NCBI RefSeq assembly: GCF_004010195.1
Contig: NC_057718.1
Coordinates: 41,327,208-41,370,239 of the forward strand
Reading direction: 5' to 3'
From: Chiloscyllium plagiosum
Taxonomy: Eukaryota
DNA length: 43,032 bases
The position numbers were made by a program, and so were the translations under genes. Shown here piece by piece: positions 24,951 to 37,455 of this stretch. How positions within the stretch are numbered: the stretch's first letter is position 1; each line of letters begins with the position of its first letter. Below the pieces are notes generated by a model. The model did no database searches. It was given only the letters and a program-made list of their open reading frames with translations, and was not told where the DNA came from.

Positions 24951-25961
24951 TTCAGGTTCACTGATTATTATTCCTTATACAAAAGTAGACAATGGTGAAA
25001 CTCCTTGTATTGATCGTATGAAAGGAGCTGAGTCCAACAATATGATTTATCCCCATATTTGCTTTCTTTATGAAGTAAAATATCTTGAACACTACTTGAT
25101 GCGGAGTATAGCAGCTTTTATCTTCTGGGATGCAATTTAAATCCAGTGCAGAGCAGAGACATGAATTCCTCCTCATGCACGGTGCTGAAAAGCCACTCTT
25201 TCTTAGCTTTGTTCAACTTACACAAAATATAGGAGTGCAGATATTTTGTTGTATCAGACCAGGGGGGATTAAAGACTTTAAATAAATCATACAGTTGAGC
25301 CCCAGAATAGTGATTTGTCTTTCCTGTTATTAAGAAACCAAGATGAAAGATCAAGACTTGGAGTGAGGAACACCAACAAAATTTGAAAATATGCAAAAAA
25401 ACTGAAATAAATCAAAAAATATGCTCTAGGTGACACCCAGAGATTTATTATGAGTATGAGACAGAGGAACCAGAATAAAGAAGGGTGTGACTCATGCTAA
25501 TATCCGGCACTTTTATTACTTTTGACATTGGAAATTCCTAATTCTCTGGATGTCATCTCATAAAGAAAAAGTGGCATCATAGGTTGCAAATGACTTTTTG
25601 AGCAGAAAAAAAAATGATGATGATTCTGACTAAAATGATATTTCACTTGTCACGATTTGCTTGGGAGACTGTGCTGATGTTTAGCCCCATGGTTCCTGGA
25701 GTCAACAAAATGTGAAGACTGAATTAAGTGACCTAAATGTCCTATTTACCTATTTATGTGATTCATGTTAAATTAAATACAAATCAGGCTATTATCAAGA
25801 AAATAGTATAAGGTTGTAACCAAATTGATCTGAAGCAATATCAAAAAGGAGGAAAATGAATGAGTGATTTGTGACTATACAACTTAAATGTTTCCCCTTT
25901 TAATTCCCTTGTACTCCCCACCCCTATACTCAGATACAGATATAGCTCCCACCCCCCCACC

Positions 25962-26045
25962 CGCACACACACACAACACACAGACACACACACACACGCG
26001 TGCGCATGCACACAGACACACACACACTCAGACACTCACACAGAT
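25962..26045. repeat. (CA)n compound microsatellite
   Basis: cacacacaca...cagacacacacacacacgcgtgcgc. Confidence 0.9.
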
Positions 26046-26624
26046 ATATACAGAAAACAGACATGACACAAATATTGTGGGTGGAGAAAATAGAGAAGTC
26101 GGGAAATCCCACTATGTATCACCACTTCAGATCATCAAGCGAGGTGAGTTGTTCCCACGATTCTTTATTTGCACAATGATGATCAGTTTTTAGTTCATTG
26201 GTTCGTTGAACTCTGTCTTTCATTTTCCCTTGAGTTTTAGAATTTTTCAGCACTTTTGTATCTCATTTCCTTGCTCTTTCAATGGAGAATTGGAGAGAGC
26301 AATGTCACAGAGTAAAGGACTCGAGAGAGAAATGTTGCTGTAGCCAGCTTCTGGAGGTTTGTCCTTGTTTGTGTTTTCATTTATCTCACATTATCTGTGT
26401 TAAACTGTAGCTGGAACAATCAGAGTGGTGTTACTACGCTGAGCTGTCCTGAACCCACAACAGATGGTGCCACTTTGTCTGGGTTCAATGTTCCCGAAAA
26501 GTAACATTGGGCTGAACCTTACCAGAAATCAGCAAAGTGTAATTTCTAATGCACTTCATGGGGAGTTTCTCTCCATGAGCATTAACACATTTTCTTGTGA
26601 TATCTTCCGAAATGTGTCTTTATA

Positions 26625-27365
26625 AATTATAGACTTAATGGTAAGGTCCTGAGGATTGTTGTTGAACAAGGAGACCTTGGAGTGTACATTCATAGTCCCT
26701 TGAAAGTGAAGTTGCAGGTAGATAGGATCATGAAGGCAGTATTTGGTATGCTTTCCTTTATTGGTCAGAACATTGAGTATTGGATTTGGGAGGTCATGTT
26801 ATGGTTGTACAGGACATTGGTTAGGCCGCTCTTGGAATATTGTATGCAATTCTAATCTCCCTGCTATAGGAAGGATGTTGTGAAATTTGAAAGGGTTCAG
26901 AAAAGATTTACAAGGATGTTGCCAGGGTTGTATAGTTCGAATATAGGCAGAGGTTGAACAGGCTGGAGCATCAGAAGCTGAGGGGTGACCTTATTGAGGT
27001 TTATAAAATCATGAGGGGCATGGATGAGGTCTGGAGATAAGGTCTTTTCTCTGGGGTGGAGGAGTCCAGAATTAGAGGGCATACGTTTAGGATGAGAGGG
27101 GAAAAATTTAAAAGGGACCTCAGGGACAGCTTTTTCACACAGAAAGTGGTGCGTGTATGGAAAGAGCTGCCAAAGGAAGTGGTGGTAACTATTACAATTA
27201 CAATATTTAAAAGGCATATGCATGGGTATATGAATAAGAAGGGTTTAGAGGGATTTGGGTCAAGTGTTGGTAAATGGAACTCGATTAATTTACGATATCT
27301 GTTCAGCATGAATGAGTTGAACCAAAGAGTCTGTTTCTGTGCTGTATATCTCTATGATTTTATAA
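26625..27365 (+). mobile_element. CR1 LINE 3' region
   Basis: DLGV, LYRTLVRPLLEYC.QF, RGHTFRMRGEKFKRDLRDSFFTQKVVRVWKELP and tail ctatgattttat. Confidence 0.9.
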
Positions 27366-27431
27366 CTAATTACCCACCACGCCCCTATCGCTCCACACCC
27401 CTATCGCATCCCACACATCACAAATTCCTGG

Positions 27432-27528
27432 AGCAAGAACAGAAATTGCTGCAAAAGCTCCATAGGTTTGGCAACATCTGTGCAGAGAAATCAGAATTAA
27501 CGTTTTGAGTTGAGCGACCTTTCCCAAG
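27432..27528 (-). mobile_element. Short decayed PLE terminal copy with degenerate HHR and 8-bp TSD
   Basis: Minus strand reads cttgggaaaggtcgctcaactcaaaacgttaattctg...cagatgttgccaaacct. attcctgg flanks it at 27424-27431 and 27529-27536. Confidence 0.6.
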
Positions 27529-28204
27529 ATTCCTGGCACTGGCACTGTGGCTACCTTTAAAACTCAACCGTGCACTTGTTCAAGCACTAACAGTCTGCAG
27601 CTGCACCACGTGGTCCATTTTATTTACCCCAGATATGTCAAACACAGGGTAATAAATGGGGGAGGTTATGAAGGTCAGGTCAGGTCTGGAGCTGGGAAAG
27701 GGGCTTGGCTCCCAGAGGGTAAAGGGGCTTGGCTTTAAGAGCTGCAGAAAGGGTTGGGCTTGGTGCAAGTGAAGGGGTACAGGTCTGGAACAAGGGTGGG
27801 AGCTCCAATCTGGAACAGGGGGAAGGCCACTTGGATCCAGAACAGGAGAGTGGGTGTACCTCAGAAATGAAAACAGTTGGGTCCCGAAGAATTGATAGGG
27901 ACCATGTCTGGAGCCAGTGAAGGGTGGGGGGTGGTCTTCAGGTACCTGCTCTGGTTTCTTTGCCAGGTTTTCCCAATGTTGAGCTTGTTTTCCAAGTTTG
28001 AATACTAATAAGGAAAGTTGTAGTGTTAAAAAAGCATTTATAAAGCATTTTAACCTTTATAAATCTCCACTGCCTCATGAAAATCTTGTCATGCTGTTTG
28101 TGAAAGGTGGGGTGAGATGATTACAATATTAAGATGGGCCTCACTGCACTTGTTGCCAATTCTGCTCACCATGTTGCTCTGACCTGAATAAGAGTCTGTC
28201 CTAG

Positions 28205-28975
28205 ACTGATAAGCAGCAAGTAACGTCCACACTACAGAAATATCAGGCAATGACCATCTCCAACAAGACAAATTTTAATCTTTTCCCCTTGAAATTCAAT
28301 GGCATTACTGTCACTAAATATCTCGCTATAAATTCTGGGGCTACCATTGACCAGAAACTGAACTGGAACAGACAAATAAATACTGCGGATACAGCTAGAA
28401 TCTGGAAATTCTGCTTCAACTAACTCCCCTTCCAATTCCGCAAAGCCAGTCTACCATGTACCAGACACATGTCAGGAATTATGGAATACCCTCCATGTGA
28501 CTAAATGAGAGAGGATTCAGCAGAATTTAAGTGGCTGCACAAAATCCACAACAAAGCAGCTTTTTCTGGTCAACTGCCCGACACCATTTTCAGGGTTTAT
28601 TCCCTCCTTCACTAATGTGCAATTGCAGTAGTTCCGACCTTTTACAAGACGCACTGCAGCAATCCATCATGTTACCTTCCACAGCACTTTCCAAACCCAC
28701 TTTCTCTCCATCCTTGAAAGACAATGGAGGGAAGTTCCCCTCCATAGTACACCCCTTCTGCATTTAGAGTAAGATCACTGTTCCTTCAATATCGCTGGGA
28801 CAAAATCCTGGGATTCCCATCCGACAGCACTGCGAGTGTACCTTGAACAAATGGACTGCAGCCTTTTAATGAAGGCAGTTCACCACCTCATCTTCTCAAG
28901 AGCAGTTTGGAATGAGCAAACGATGCTGGACTCATCAGCGAAACTCAAATCCAAGGAAGATAAACAGAAGTTAAA
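28205..28975 (+). mobile_element. Decayed CR1-group LINE (L2/Crack/Daphne-like) 3' region
   Basis: QAMTIS...FNGIT...ILGATIDQKLNW..QI, and a YQTHVR.MEY-like motif; clade not resolved by eye. Confidence 0.65.
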
Positions 28976-30479
28976 ATTAAGCATTCATAAAGCTTTGATG
29001 TGGATACTATTACATTTACTCCAATCCAGGTGCCTGTTCCTTTGTTAATTTGCAGCAATGGAGGGGGAGATTTACAATAGCTAAAAAGTGCAATTTACCA
29101 TGGATTGCACCAGCATAAGTGGAAATCTTAAAAACGTAAAAAAAAATTGTCAAACAGCATCATAAAGGTTGCCATTCACTCTGTCCACACTTTCAAGACA
29201 TGGCACAGCCATCTTTTCATGTGATTGGGTTCCTAGTGAATGTAATGCCCCCCCATCAAAAAGACTTAAGTAGGCCAAGGCTGAAAAATGTGGTCAAACA
29301 AGCACCACAATATCAAATCTTACGCTACTGCTGTTAGTTAGGGAAGGGTCTAATGCCTGTTTCAAGTGTAGGTCTTAGGTACATGTTTTTCTGCCTTCAC
29401 CAAATTGGAGGCAACCTAATGCCCACTAAGCTGTCCATTTTACTGCCTGTTTTACACCTGAGAAATATAGCACCACCAAATTCTAGTCCAATAAATTCAG
29501 GGAAAAGAAAAGGGAATAGTATGTATATGCAGCTTGGCCAGCAAGCTGTCTTTGCTAAATCTTATTGAGAAATAATAAAACATTGGCCTTTTGATATTGT
29601 GAAAATCATATTTGGATAAATTCGGGGTGTGAAATACTCAAGACCTTGATAGGATTAATGTCATTGGAACCCGTATTGTGGGCATATAATTTTGTTACAT
29701 CTTAATGAAAGAATTGAGATGATGCAGAAAAGATGGAATTTGAAACATTCAGCTGAATGGAAAATTGTATAGAAATATGCCATTCATCTAAATTAAGGGC
29801 ATGACAAATGAAACCTACTTCATTCTTTTGTGCATAGGAAATGCGAGAAAGTTTCCCAGAGTAGCTTATTTAAGCTCAGAAATAGTTTGAGAATTGGCTC
29901 CTTTGACCCCAGTGGGTTTGAGCCCATAGAGTCAGATATGATGACAATTTTTTTTAATCACGTTCACTTGCTTTTATTGAATGGTTCATTCTTTCTCCCA
30001 TATATTTCATTCATGCAATGAGCGGTTGTCAATTCATAGATACCAAAGGTGTTTTTGGCACATGCATTATATTCTGTTAACTCTATACCTGATAAGTATT
30101 ACATTGTGCCTAACTATATATCATTATTTCATATAGAGAGAATGTGCACTACAACTTATTTCAGAATAGTAATAATAGCACTATCTCTGTTTTAATACAA
30201 TCATTGTAAATCTTAGAATGTGTTTGAATGGATTACAATTGCAACTGATTCATTAGGCTTTTGGAAATGAAATTCAAGGGAGTGCTTCCTCTACCCCATT
30301 GGACTGCAACTTGAGATGTGGTATGAGCAAAGGTGTGAGAGCTGGTGGCTGTTACAGGCCAGAGGAGGTGCAACACTCATTGAGACTAATGATGGAGAAT
30401 ACGGGAGTATAGGCATTTTACACATCCTTTGTTACCTACTTATCCTGACTCTCTTTACAATCTTCCATCTTTGTCCATG

Positions 30480-31150
30480 TTTGACTTGCAGGTTGAGTCC
30501 ATGGTTAAAAAAGTAAATGTAATGTTGTCATTTATTTCAAGAGGGTTGGAATGTAAAAGCAGTGAGGTGTTATGAAGACTTTATAAAGCTCTGGTTAGGC
30601 CCCATTTAGAATACTGTGTCCAGTTTTGGGCTGAGCATCTTAGGAAAGACATACTGACACTGGAGCATGTCCAGCGGAGATTCACACGGTTCATCCCTGG
30701 AATGGTAGGCCTAACATACAATGAACGGCTAAGAATCCTGGGATTGTATTCGTTAGAGCTCAGAAGGTTGATGGGTGATCGAATAGAAACTTACAAGATA
30801 ATGCATGGCTTAGAAAAGGTGGACACTGGGAAATTGTTTCCGTCAGGTAGGGATACTAGGATTCATGGGCATAGCCTTGGAATTAGAGGGGGTCAATTTA
30901 GAATGAAAATGAGGAGACATTTCTTCAACCAGAGAGTGGTGGGTCTGTGGAATTCACTGCCACAGAGCACAGTGGAGGCTGGGATGTTAAATGTCTTCAA
31001 GGCAGAGACTGATAAATTCTTAATCTCGCAAGGAATTAAGGAATACAGGGTAAGTCGCGTTGAAATGCCAATCAGCCATGATTAAATGGCGGAGTGGACT
31101 CGATGGGCCAAATGGCCTTACTTCCACTCCCATTTCTTATAGTCTTATGG
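30480..31150 (+). mobile_element. CR1 LINE 3' region, same subfamily as 33918-35470
   Basis: ORF 30702..31085 closely parallels ORF 33989..34393; tail cttatagtcttatgg. Confidence 0.92.
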
Positions 31151-31154
31151 TAAA

Positions 31155-31590
31155 TCATGTTTCAGTTGGTAACACTCTTGCCTCAGAACCATAGGGTTCC
31201 AGGTTCCACAGCTTGAGCACAAAGACCAAGGCTGACATGATAGTACAGTACTGAGTGAGGCCTGCACTGTTGGAGGTGCCAATGTTCAAATGAGACATTA
31301 AACTGAGGTCCCTTCAGGTTGTTTGGGTAGATGTTGAAGAACTCATGACACTATTTTGAAAAGAAGTAGAGAGGTTAGTGTCCCAGATGATATTTATCCT
31401 TCAATTAACAAAGAACAAGTTCTCTATCATGATCACATTTCCATTTGTGGGAGTTCTCTGCATACATATCTAGTGCTACATTTTCTATACTACAGTAGTG
31501 ACTACAATTCAAAAATATTTCATTTGCAGTAAACAGGTTGACAGTGATGCACATGAAAAGCGCGATATAAATGCAAGTCTTGTTTTGTTC
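31155..31590 (+). mobile_element. Deu-domain SINE (SacSINE1-like)
   Basis: tRNA-like head tcagttggtaacactcttgcctcag, core ggaggtgcc...atgagacattaaactgagg and L2-like tail gcgatataaatgcaagtctt. Confidence 0.7.
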
Positions 31591-31599
31591 CTTATTATT

Positions 31600-32400
31600 C
31601 CTCAGAACATGCTGTTAACGTTTTGGAAGAACAGGAAGCTAGGAAACGATAGAGTGGTGGCTTTCTTAATGAACAATGGTATAGGCACAATAGAGAGGAA
31701 TGATCTAAGTTCAGAAAACCAGGATGTAGAAATTGTTTGGGTAGAGATTGAAATAATAAAGACAAGAAGATATTTGTTGCAATGGAGTACAGGGTCCCTA
31801 ACAGTACTACACATTATGGAAAATGTAGAGTAAGAAACAATAGGAGTTGATCAGAAAGATAGAGCAACAATTCTAGGGAATTTTAAACAACATCGAGACT
31901 GGAAAAATCAAACAAACAAAGGGACCGAGGATGAAGAACTCATTGAATGTTTTAGGAAATTCTTAGAACTGCAATTCTGAAGCCAAACAGGGAACAAGAT
32001 ATAGCAAGCTTGGTGTTATGTAAGCAATAGGGTTAATCAGTAGGCTCATTAATAGCACCCTTAAGTAGCAGCAATCAAAATATGATTAAATTTAATTTCT
32101 GTCTGAGGGAAAGAAGAATGGATTCAAGATGAGTGTTTTTAATCCAATAAGGGAAATTATGCGACCATGAAAGCAGAACTAGCTAAAGTGAACTGGCCAA
32201 TTAGATCAAGGGATAGATCAATTGAGAGGTGGTGCCGAATGTTTAAAGGGATTTTTCGCAATGCACAGAATAGGTACATTCTAATGAGAAAGAAAAATTC
32301 CAAGGGGAAGACCAACTATTGGTGGTGAATTATAAAAATTAACGATGATACAAAATCTTAAAGCATATTGTGCAAAACAGGTGATAGATCAGGAGATGAA
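31600..32400 (+). mobile_element. Decayed CR1 APE-endonuclease region
   Basis: FWKNRKLGNDRVVAFL...DVEIVWVEI, followed by an ILGNF(GDFN-like)...DW motif. Confidence 0.75.
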
Positions 32401-32576
32401 CATTTCCACCCTACCTTATCACTCACCGTTCCTGAAACAACTCACTGCCCACTGAATAGCCACTGAAAGACCAACATCCCAGGTGCCTGTGGCACCTTTA
32501 AAAGACCATGTTGCATGTCGACAACTATTGTCCATTCACAGCTGCTCTGCACTAGTTCCTGACATGTGCCATAGGC

Positions 32577-32720
32577 ATGCTAGAGAAAGGAAATTTGGCA
32601 ATCCACTTTGTAGACAGGAGCTGGAGGATTTCTTGCTCAGACAAAGTGTCCCCTTCCTCACAGGACCAGCAGAAAAGGTCACTTCAACAGGCCATGACAG
32701 CCTGGTTCAAGGCTGCCATT
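32577..32720 (+). pseudogene. Second decayed Harbinger Myb/SANT-like ORF start
   Basis: MLEKGNLAIHFVDR...QDQQKRSLQQAMTAWFKAA parallels 12600-12820. Confidence 0.4.
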
Positions 32721-33917
32721 TTCAGAAACTCACAGTACTATCAGGAGAAGTTAGTGACTTCCTCCAGCGTTAGTGCCACCATCTTCTCTCTGATACCTCT
32801 CATTCATCTGTCACTGGTAGTGTACCATCTTCCATGAAGGCTCATTCTCTGCCACTCTCACAATTGCCTGTAATATCTTTCCTAGTCACCCTCACTCATT
32901 CAACTCCTGAAGATCACAAATCCTGTATGCCCCCTGCCTACCTGCTCATTCACTTGGGACACTAGCATCAACCTTTATCTGCACCTGAAGTAACAGCTGT
33001 GCCACACACTCATCTCCCTTACTTTCTTGCCGCTCTTTTATTCCAGGAGGAAAATAGCCTGCAACGGGGCAGAAAATGTCAAGATGATTGATGATTTGCT
33101 CAACATTTGGTTCCTTATACATTGAGGAACCATAAAGGAACTGAAGCCACAATAACTGTCATATATAGACCATCTAGTAGGAGCTCAGCAGTGCTAGATT
33201 ATTGAAATGCTGAAATGAAGCAACTATGTAGCATTGGCAGAACAGCATTAACCTTAGCCTTTAATCTTAACATAGACTAGGAGAGACAGACAAACACCTT
33301 GCAGAAAGATTGTGAATTTCTAGACTGTACACAGAATATTTTCCAGGATGCTTTTGGATGTGACAAAAGAACAAGCAATACTGGATGTAGTAATGTTATT
33401 AGTGGCCTAGTTGTTCATGAGCATTTGTCAAATAGTGATCATAGCATATTTGAGTTATATGCAGAATTTGTAAGAGAGAAGCAAAGATTGGTTCGCGAAT
33501 TTTGGATTAAGTAAGGTAGATTTTAATGAGATGAGACAGAGACTATCCACAGTAAACTGGGAAGCTCTGTGAGGTAAAACAATTGAGGAACAGTGAAGGG
33601 TGTTCAAAGAAACATTTATTCTATTTAGAAGCACTTTGTATCCATGAGAAGTAGAAGCCCTGCCTCACAAAACAATAACAGCTATGAACATCTAAGGAGG
33701 TAGGGAATAGCACAACCTTAAAAGAAAGTGCTGATAAAAAATGCAATAAACATTACAGATCCCACAGAATGGGACAATACAAACACCAACAAAGGGCCAC
33801 AAAGTGATTTGTAAGATCAGCTATAATGGGTTTGAAAGGAAACTTGGAAGGGACATAAAAGACAATAAGAAGAGATTTTATTGTTATATAAAGGGCAAGT
33901 GGCTGGTTATGTGTACT

Positions 33918-35470
33918 ATAAGACCATAAGACCATAAGACATAGGAGCAGAAGTAAGGCCATTCAGCCCATCGAGTCCACTCTGCCGTTCAATCATGGCT
34001 GATGGGCATTTCAACTCCACTTACCCGCATTCTCCCCATAGCCCTTAATTCCTGTGACATCAAGAATTTATTAATTTCTGCCTTTAAGACATTTAGCATC
34101 CCAGCCTCCACTGTCGTCTGTGGCAATGAATTCCACAGGCCCACCACTCTCTGGCTGAAGAAATGTCTCCGCATTTCTGTTCTGAATTTACCCCCTCTAA
34201 TTCTAAGGCTGTGTCCACGGGTCCTAGTCTCCTCGCCTAACGGAAACAATTTCCTAGCGTCCACCCTCTCCAAGCCATGTATTATCTTGTAAGTTTCTAT
34301 TAGATCTCCCCTTAATCTTCTAAACTCCAATGAATACAATCCCAGGATCCTCAGCCTTTCCTCATATGTTAGACCTACCATTCCAGGGATCAACCATGTG
34401 AATCTCCGCTGGACATGCTCCAGTGCCAGTATGTCCTGCTTGAGGTGTGGGGACCAAAACTGGACACACAGTACTCCAAATGGGGCCTAACCAGAGCTTT
34501 ATAAAGTCTCAGTAGCACAACAGTGCTTTTATATTCCAACACTCTTGAGATAATTGACAACATTGCATTCACTTTCTTAATCATGGACTCAACCTGCATG
34601 TTTACCTTTAGAAAATCCTCAACTAGCACTCCCAGNNNNNNNNNNNNNNNNNNNNNNNNNNNNNNNNNNNNNNNNNNNNNNNNNNNNNNNNNNNNNNNNN
34701 TGTGAACAGCTGCGGCCCCAACACTGAACCCTGCAGGACACCGCTTGTCACCGGCTGCCATTCCGACAATGAACCTTTTATCCCAACTCTCTGCCTTCTG
34801 TCAGACAGCCAATTCTCAATCCATACCAGTAGCTCACCTTGAACACCATGGGCCCTCACCTTGCTCAGCAGCCTCCCATGTGGCACCTTATCAAATGCCT
34901 TTTGGAAGTCTAGGTAGATAACATCCACTGGGTTTCCCTGGTCTAACCTACTTGTCACCTCTTCAACGAACTCCAACAGGTTTGTCAGGCATGATCTCCC
35001 CTTACTAAATCCATGTTGACTTGTTATAATCCGACACTGCTCTTCCAAGAATTTAGAAACCTCATCCTTAATGATGGATTCTAGAATTTTACCAACAACC
35101 GAGGTTAGGCTAATTGGCCTATAATTTTCTATCTTTTGCCTTGATCCTTTCTTGAACAAGGGGGTTACAACAGCGATCTTCCAATCATCCGGGACTTTCC
35201 CTGACTCCAGTGACTTTTGAAAGATCTCAATCAACGCCTCCATTATTTCCTCAGCCACCTCCCTCAGAACTCTAGGATGTAGCCCATCGGGGCCGGGGGA
35301 TTTATCAATTTTAAGACCTTTTAGCTTTTCTAGTACTTTCTCTTTTGTAATGGCAACCATACTCAACTCAGCCCCCTGAATCCCTTTAATTGTTGGGATA
35401 TTACTCATGTCTTCCACTGTGAAGACTGATCCAGAGTACTTATTAAGTTCTCCTGCTATTTCCTTATCTA
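33918..35470 (-). mobile_element. Young 5'-truncated CR1 LINE with largely open RT frame
   Basis: 264-aa ORF 34623..35417 with KSPGPDGLHPRVL, NYRPISLTSVVGK, YLDFQKAFDKVPH and QGSVLGPQLF; (ataagacc)n tail at 33918. Confidence 0.95.
34636..34700. other. Assembly gap (65 N)
   Basis: Run of N characters. Confidence 1.
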
Positions 35471-36210
35471 TTGCTGACTTTTGCTCTATTGAAGGTGGGA
35501 AGTGGAGATATTGTTAATGACCATGGGAAATTGGCAGACGTGCTGAATGATCACTTTGCTTCAATACTCACAGCAGAAAAGGAGGCTAGCTTGTTGGGAG
35601 TCCCAAAGAAATTAAGAGGCTTAGAAAAGAGTCAAAATAAAATCAGCTTATTCATCATCAATAGTGGGACATTAATGGAACTAAAGAGTGACACATCCTC
35701 AGGACCTCATCTATGGGTATTAAAGGAGATAGGAGAGCACATTGCCAATGCCCTAACAATATCTTTCAGAGTTCCCTGCATTAAGGAATTGTACCTCTGG
35801 CTTGGAAATTTGTTCATGTCACTCCACTCTTTAAGAAGGGTGATAGAGGGAAACCAGGGAATTACAGATCTAACATCTGTGACGGAGAATTGTTAGTGGT
35901 CTATCAACTTGAAAAATATCGGTTAATCAGGAAGAATCAGCATGGATTTAAAAATGGTATGTCATGCTTGACAACCTCATAGAGTTGCTTGAAAAAGTGG
36001 CAAAGGTGGTGGATAGAGGTAAGTTGATGGGTGATGTTGATATTTTCATACAATTTCATAGCATCCCTACAGTGTGGAAACAGGCTCTCCGGCTCAAGAA
36101 GTCCACACCACTCCTCCGGAGATTATCCCACCCAGATCCATTCCCCTACCCTATATTTACACCTGACTAATGCACCTAGCCTTCACATCCCTGAACACTA
36201 TGGGTAACTT

Positions 36211-36350
36211 AGGGGAGAAAGTGAGGTCTGCAGATGCTGGAGATCAGAGATGGAAATGTGTTGCTGGAAAAACGCAGCAGGTCAGGCAGCATCTAGGGAA
36301 CAGGAGAATCGACGTTTCGGGCATTAGCCCTTCTTCAGGAAGGGCTAATG
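36211..36350 (-). mobile_element. Young Neptune-type PLE terminal copy with short inverted 5' end
   Basis: Nearly identical to 42142-42238; gaagggctaatg at 36339-36350 is the reverse complement of cattagcccttc. Confidence 0.9.
36308..36341 (-). ncRNA. Minimal hammerhead ribozyme, intact core
   Basis: CTGAAGA-a-gggc-taat-gccc-GAAAC-GTC; stem I is weak. Confidence 0.75.
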
Positions 36351-36370
36351 GGCAACTATGGGCAACTATG

Positions 36371-36643
36371 GCACTAGGTAGGCTCAGAGCAAATGAGTGC
36401 AAGGGCAGTGAGTGAACAGGCTGGAGTTGCAGCATGGTGCAGTCAGCTGGGGTGCTGTTCCTGAGCACTAAGTGTTCTTGCTGCAGCATTATAGTGGTAG
36501 CTGCCAGTACAGCCTGAGGTACAGCACTGAAGTGCAGAAGTGTCCTCTAAGTGAATTGGTGATGGCATAGAATCCCGACTGTGTGGAAACAGGCCATATG
36601 CCCTCACAAGTCCACACTGACCCACTGAAGACTATCTCACCCA
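36371..36643 (+). repeat. 273-bp copy of 38203-38475
   Basis: 4 substitutions in 273 bp by eye; duplicated ORFs 36443..36625 and 38275..38457. Confidence 0.95.
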
Positions 36644-37324
36644 TGCAAACTCCACACAGACAGTCATCCAAGTTTGGAATCACACCCGGGTCCCTGGTGC
36701 TGTGAGGCAGCAGTGCTAACTGCAGAACCACTGTGCCGCCCTAATATATGAAATATCAGAAGGCTTTTGATAAAGTCCCTCACAAGAGATTGTTTGCTCA
36801 GGTGGGTTTATAACAAATTGCTGACAAGTTTAGGAAATTGATTGAGTGACAGGAAACAGAGAATTTGAATAATAGGTAAGTACTCAAACTGTCAGCAATG
36901 TGACTAGTGGTGTCCCACAGGGATTTGTTTTGGGGCCTCAGTTATTCACAGTATTCATTAACAATTTGGATAATAGCATTAATATCCAGATTTGCTGATG
37001 ACACAAAACTGGGCAGTATTATAGACAGTGCTGATGACAGCATAAATTTACAGCAAGATATTGATGGATTAGGTGAATGGACAAAGCTGTGGCAGATGGA
37101 TTTTAATACAAGCGAGTGAGAAGGTATCCATTTTGCACTGAAAACGGATAGGTCCGGTTAATTTTTAGCAGGCTCAAGTTAAATAGAGTGGGAGCCGAAC
37201 AAGATTTGGGGGATTAAGGTGCATAGCTTTTAAAAATGCCACAAATAGGTGCAAAACATAGACAAGAAGACTAATGGAATGCTGGCTTTCATTATCTACA
37301 GGGTTAGAGTATAGGGATGCAGAT

Positions 37325-37455
37325 AGGCGAAAGTGAGGACCGCAGATGCTGGAGGTTAGAGTGGAGAGTGTGATGCTGGAAAAGCACAGAAGGTCAGGCA
37401 GCATCCAAGGAGCAGAAAAATCAACGTTTCAGGCAAAAGTCCTTCATCAGGAATG
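37325..37455 (-). mobile_element. Short PLE terminal copy with HHR and 12-bp TSD, inserted in CR1
   Basis: Minus strand reads CTGATGA-aggacttttgcct-GAAAC-GTT. Flanks are agggatgcagat (37313-37324) and agggatgtagat (37456-37467). Confidence 0.88.

Larger units (their letters stand above)
36055..36742 (-). mobile_element. HE1-type SINE disrupted by a complex insertion
   Basis: Tail part at 36055-36210 and head part at 36644-36742 (tgcaaactccacacagac...gcagcagtgctaac...tgccgccc). About 95 bp of the core is missing relative to the copy at 38398-38734. Confidence 0.85.

Noticed and set aside
25841..26193. Low-complexity ORFs (CV and TH repeats)
   Set aside because: Translations of a CA microsatellite; the same applies to 4529..4741.
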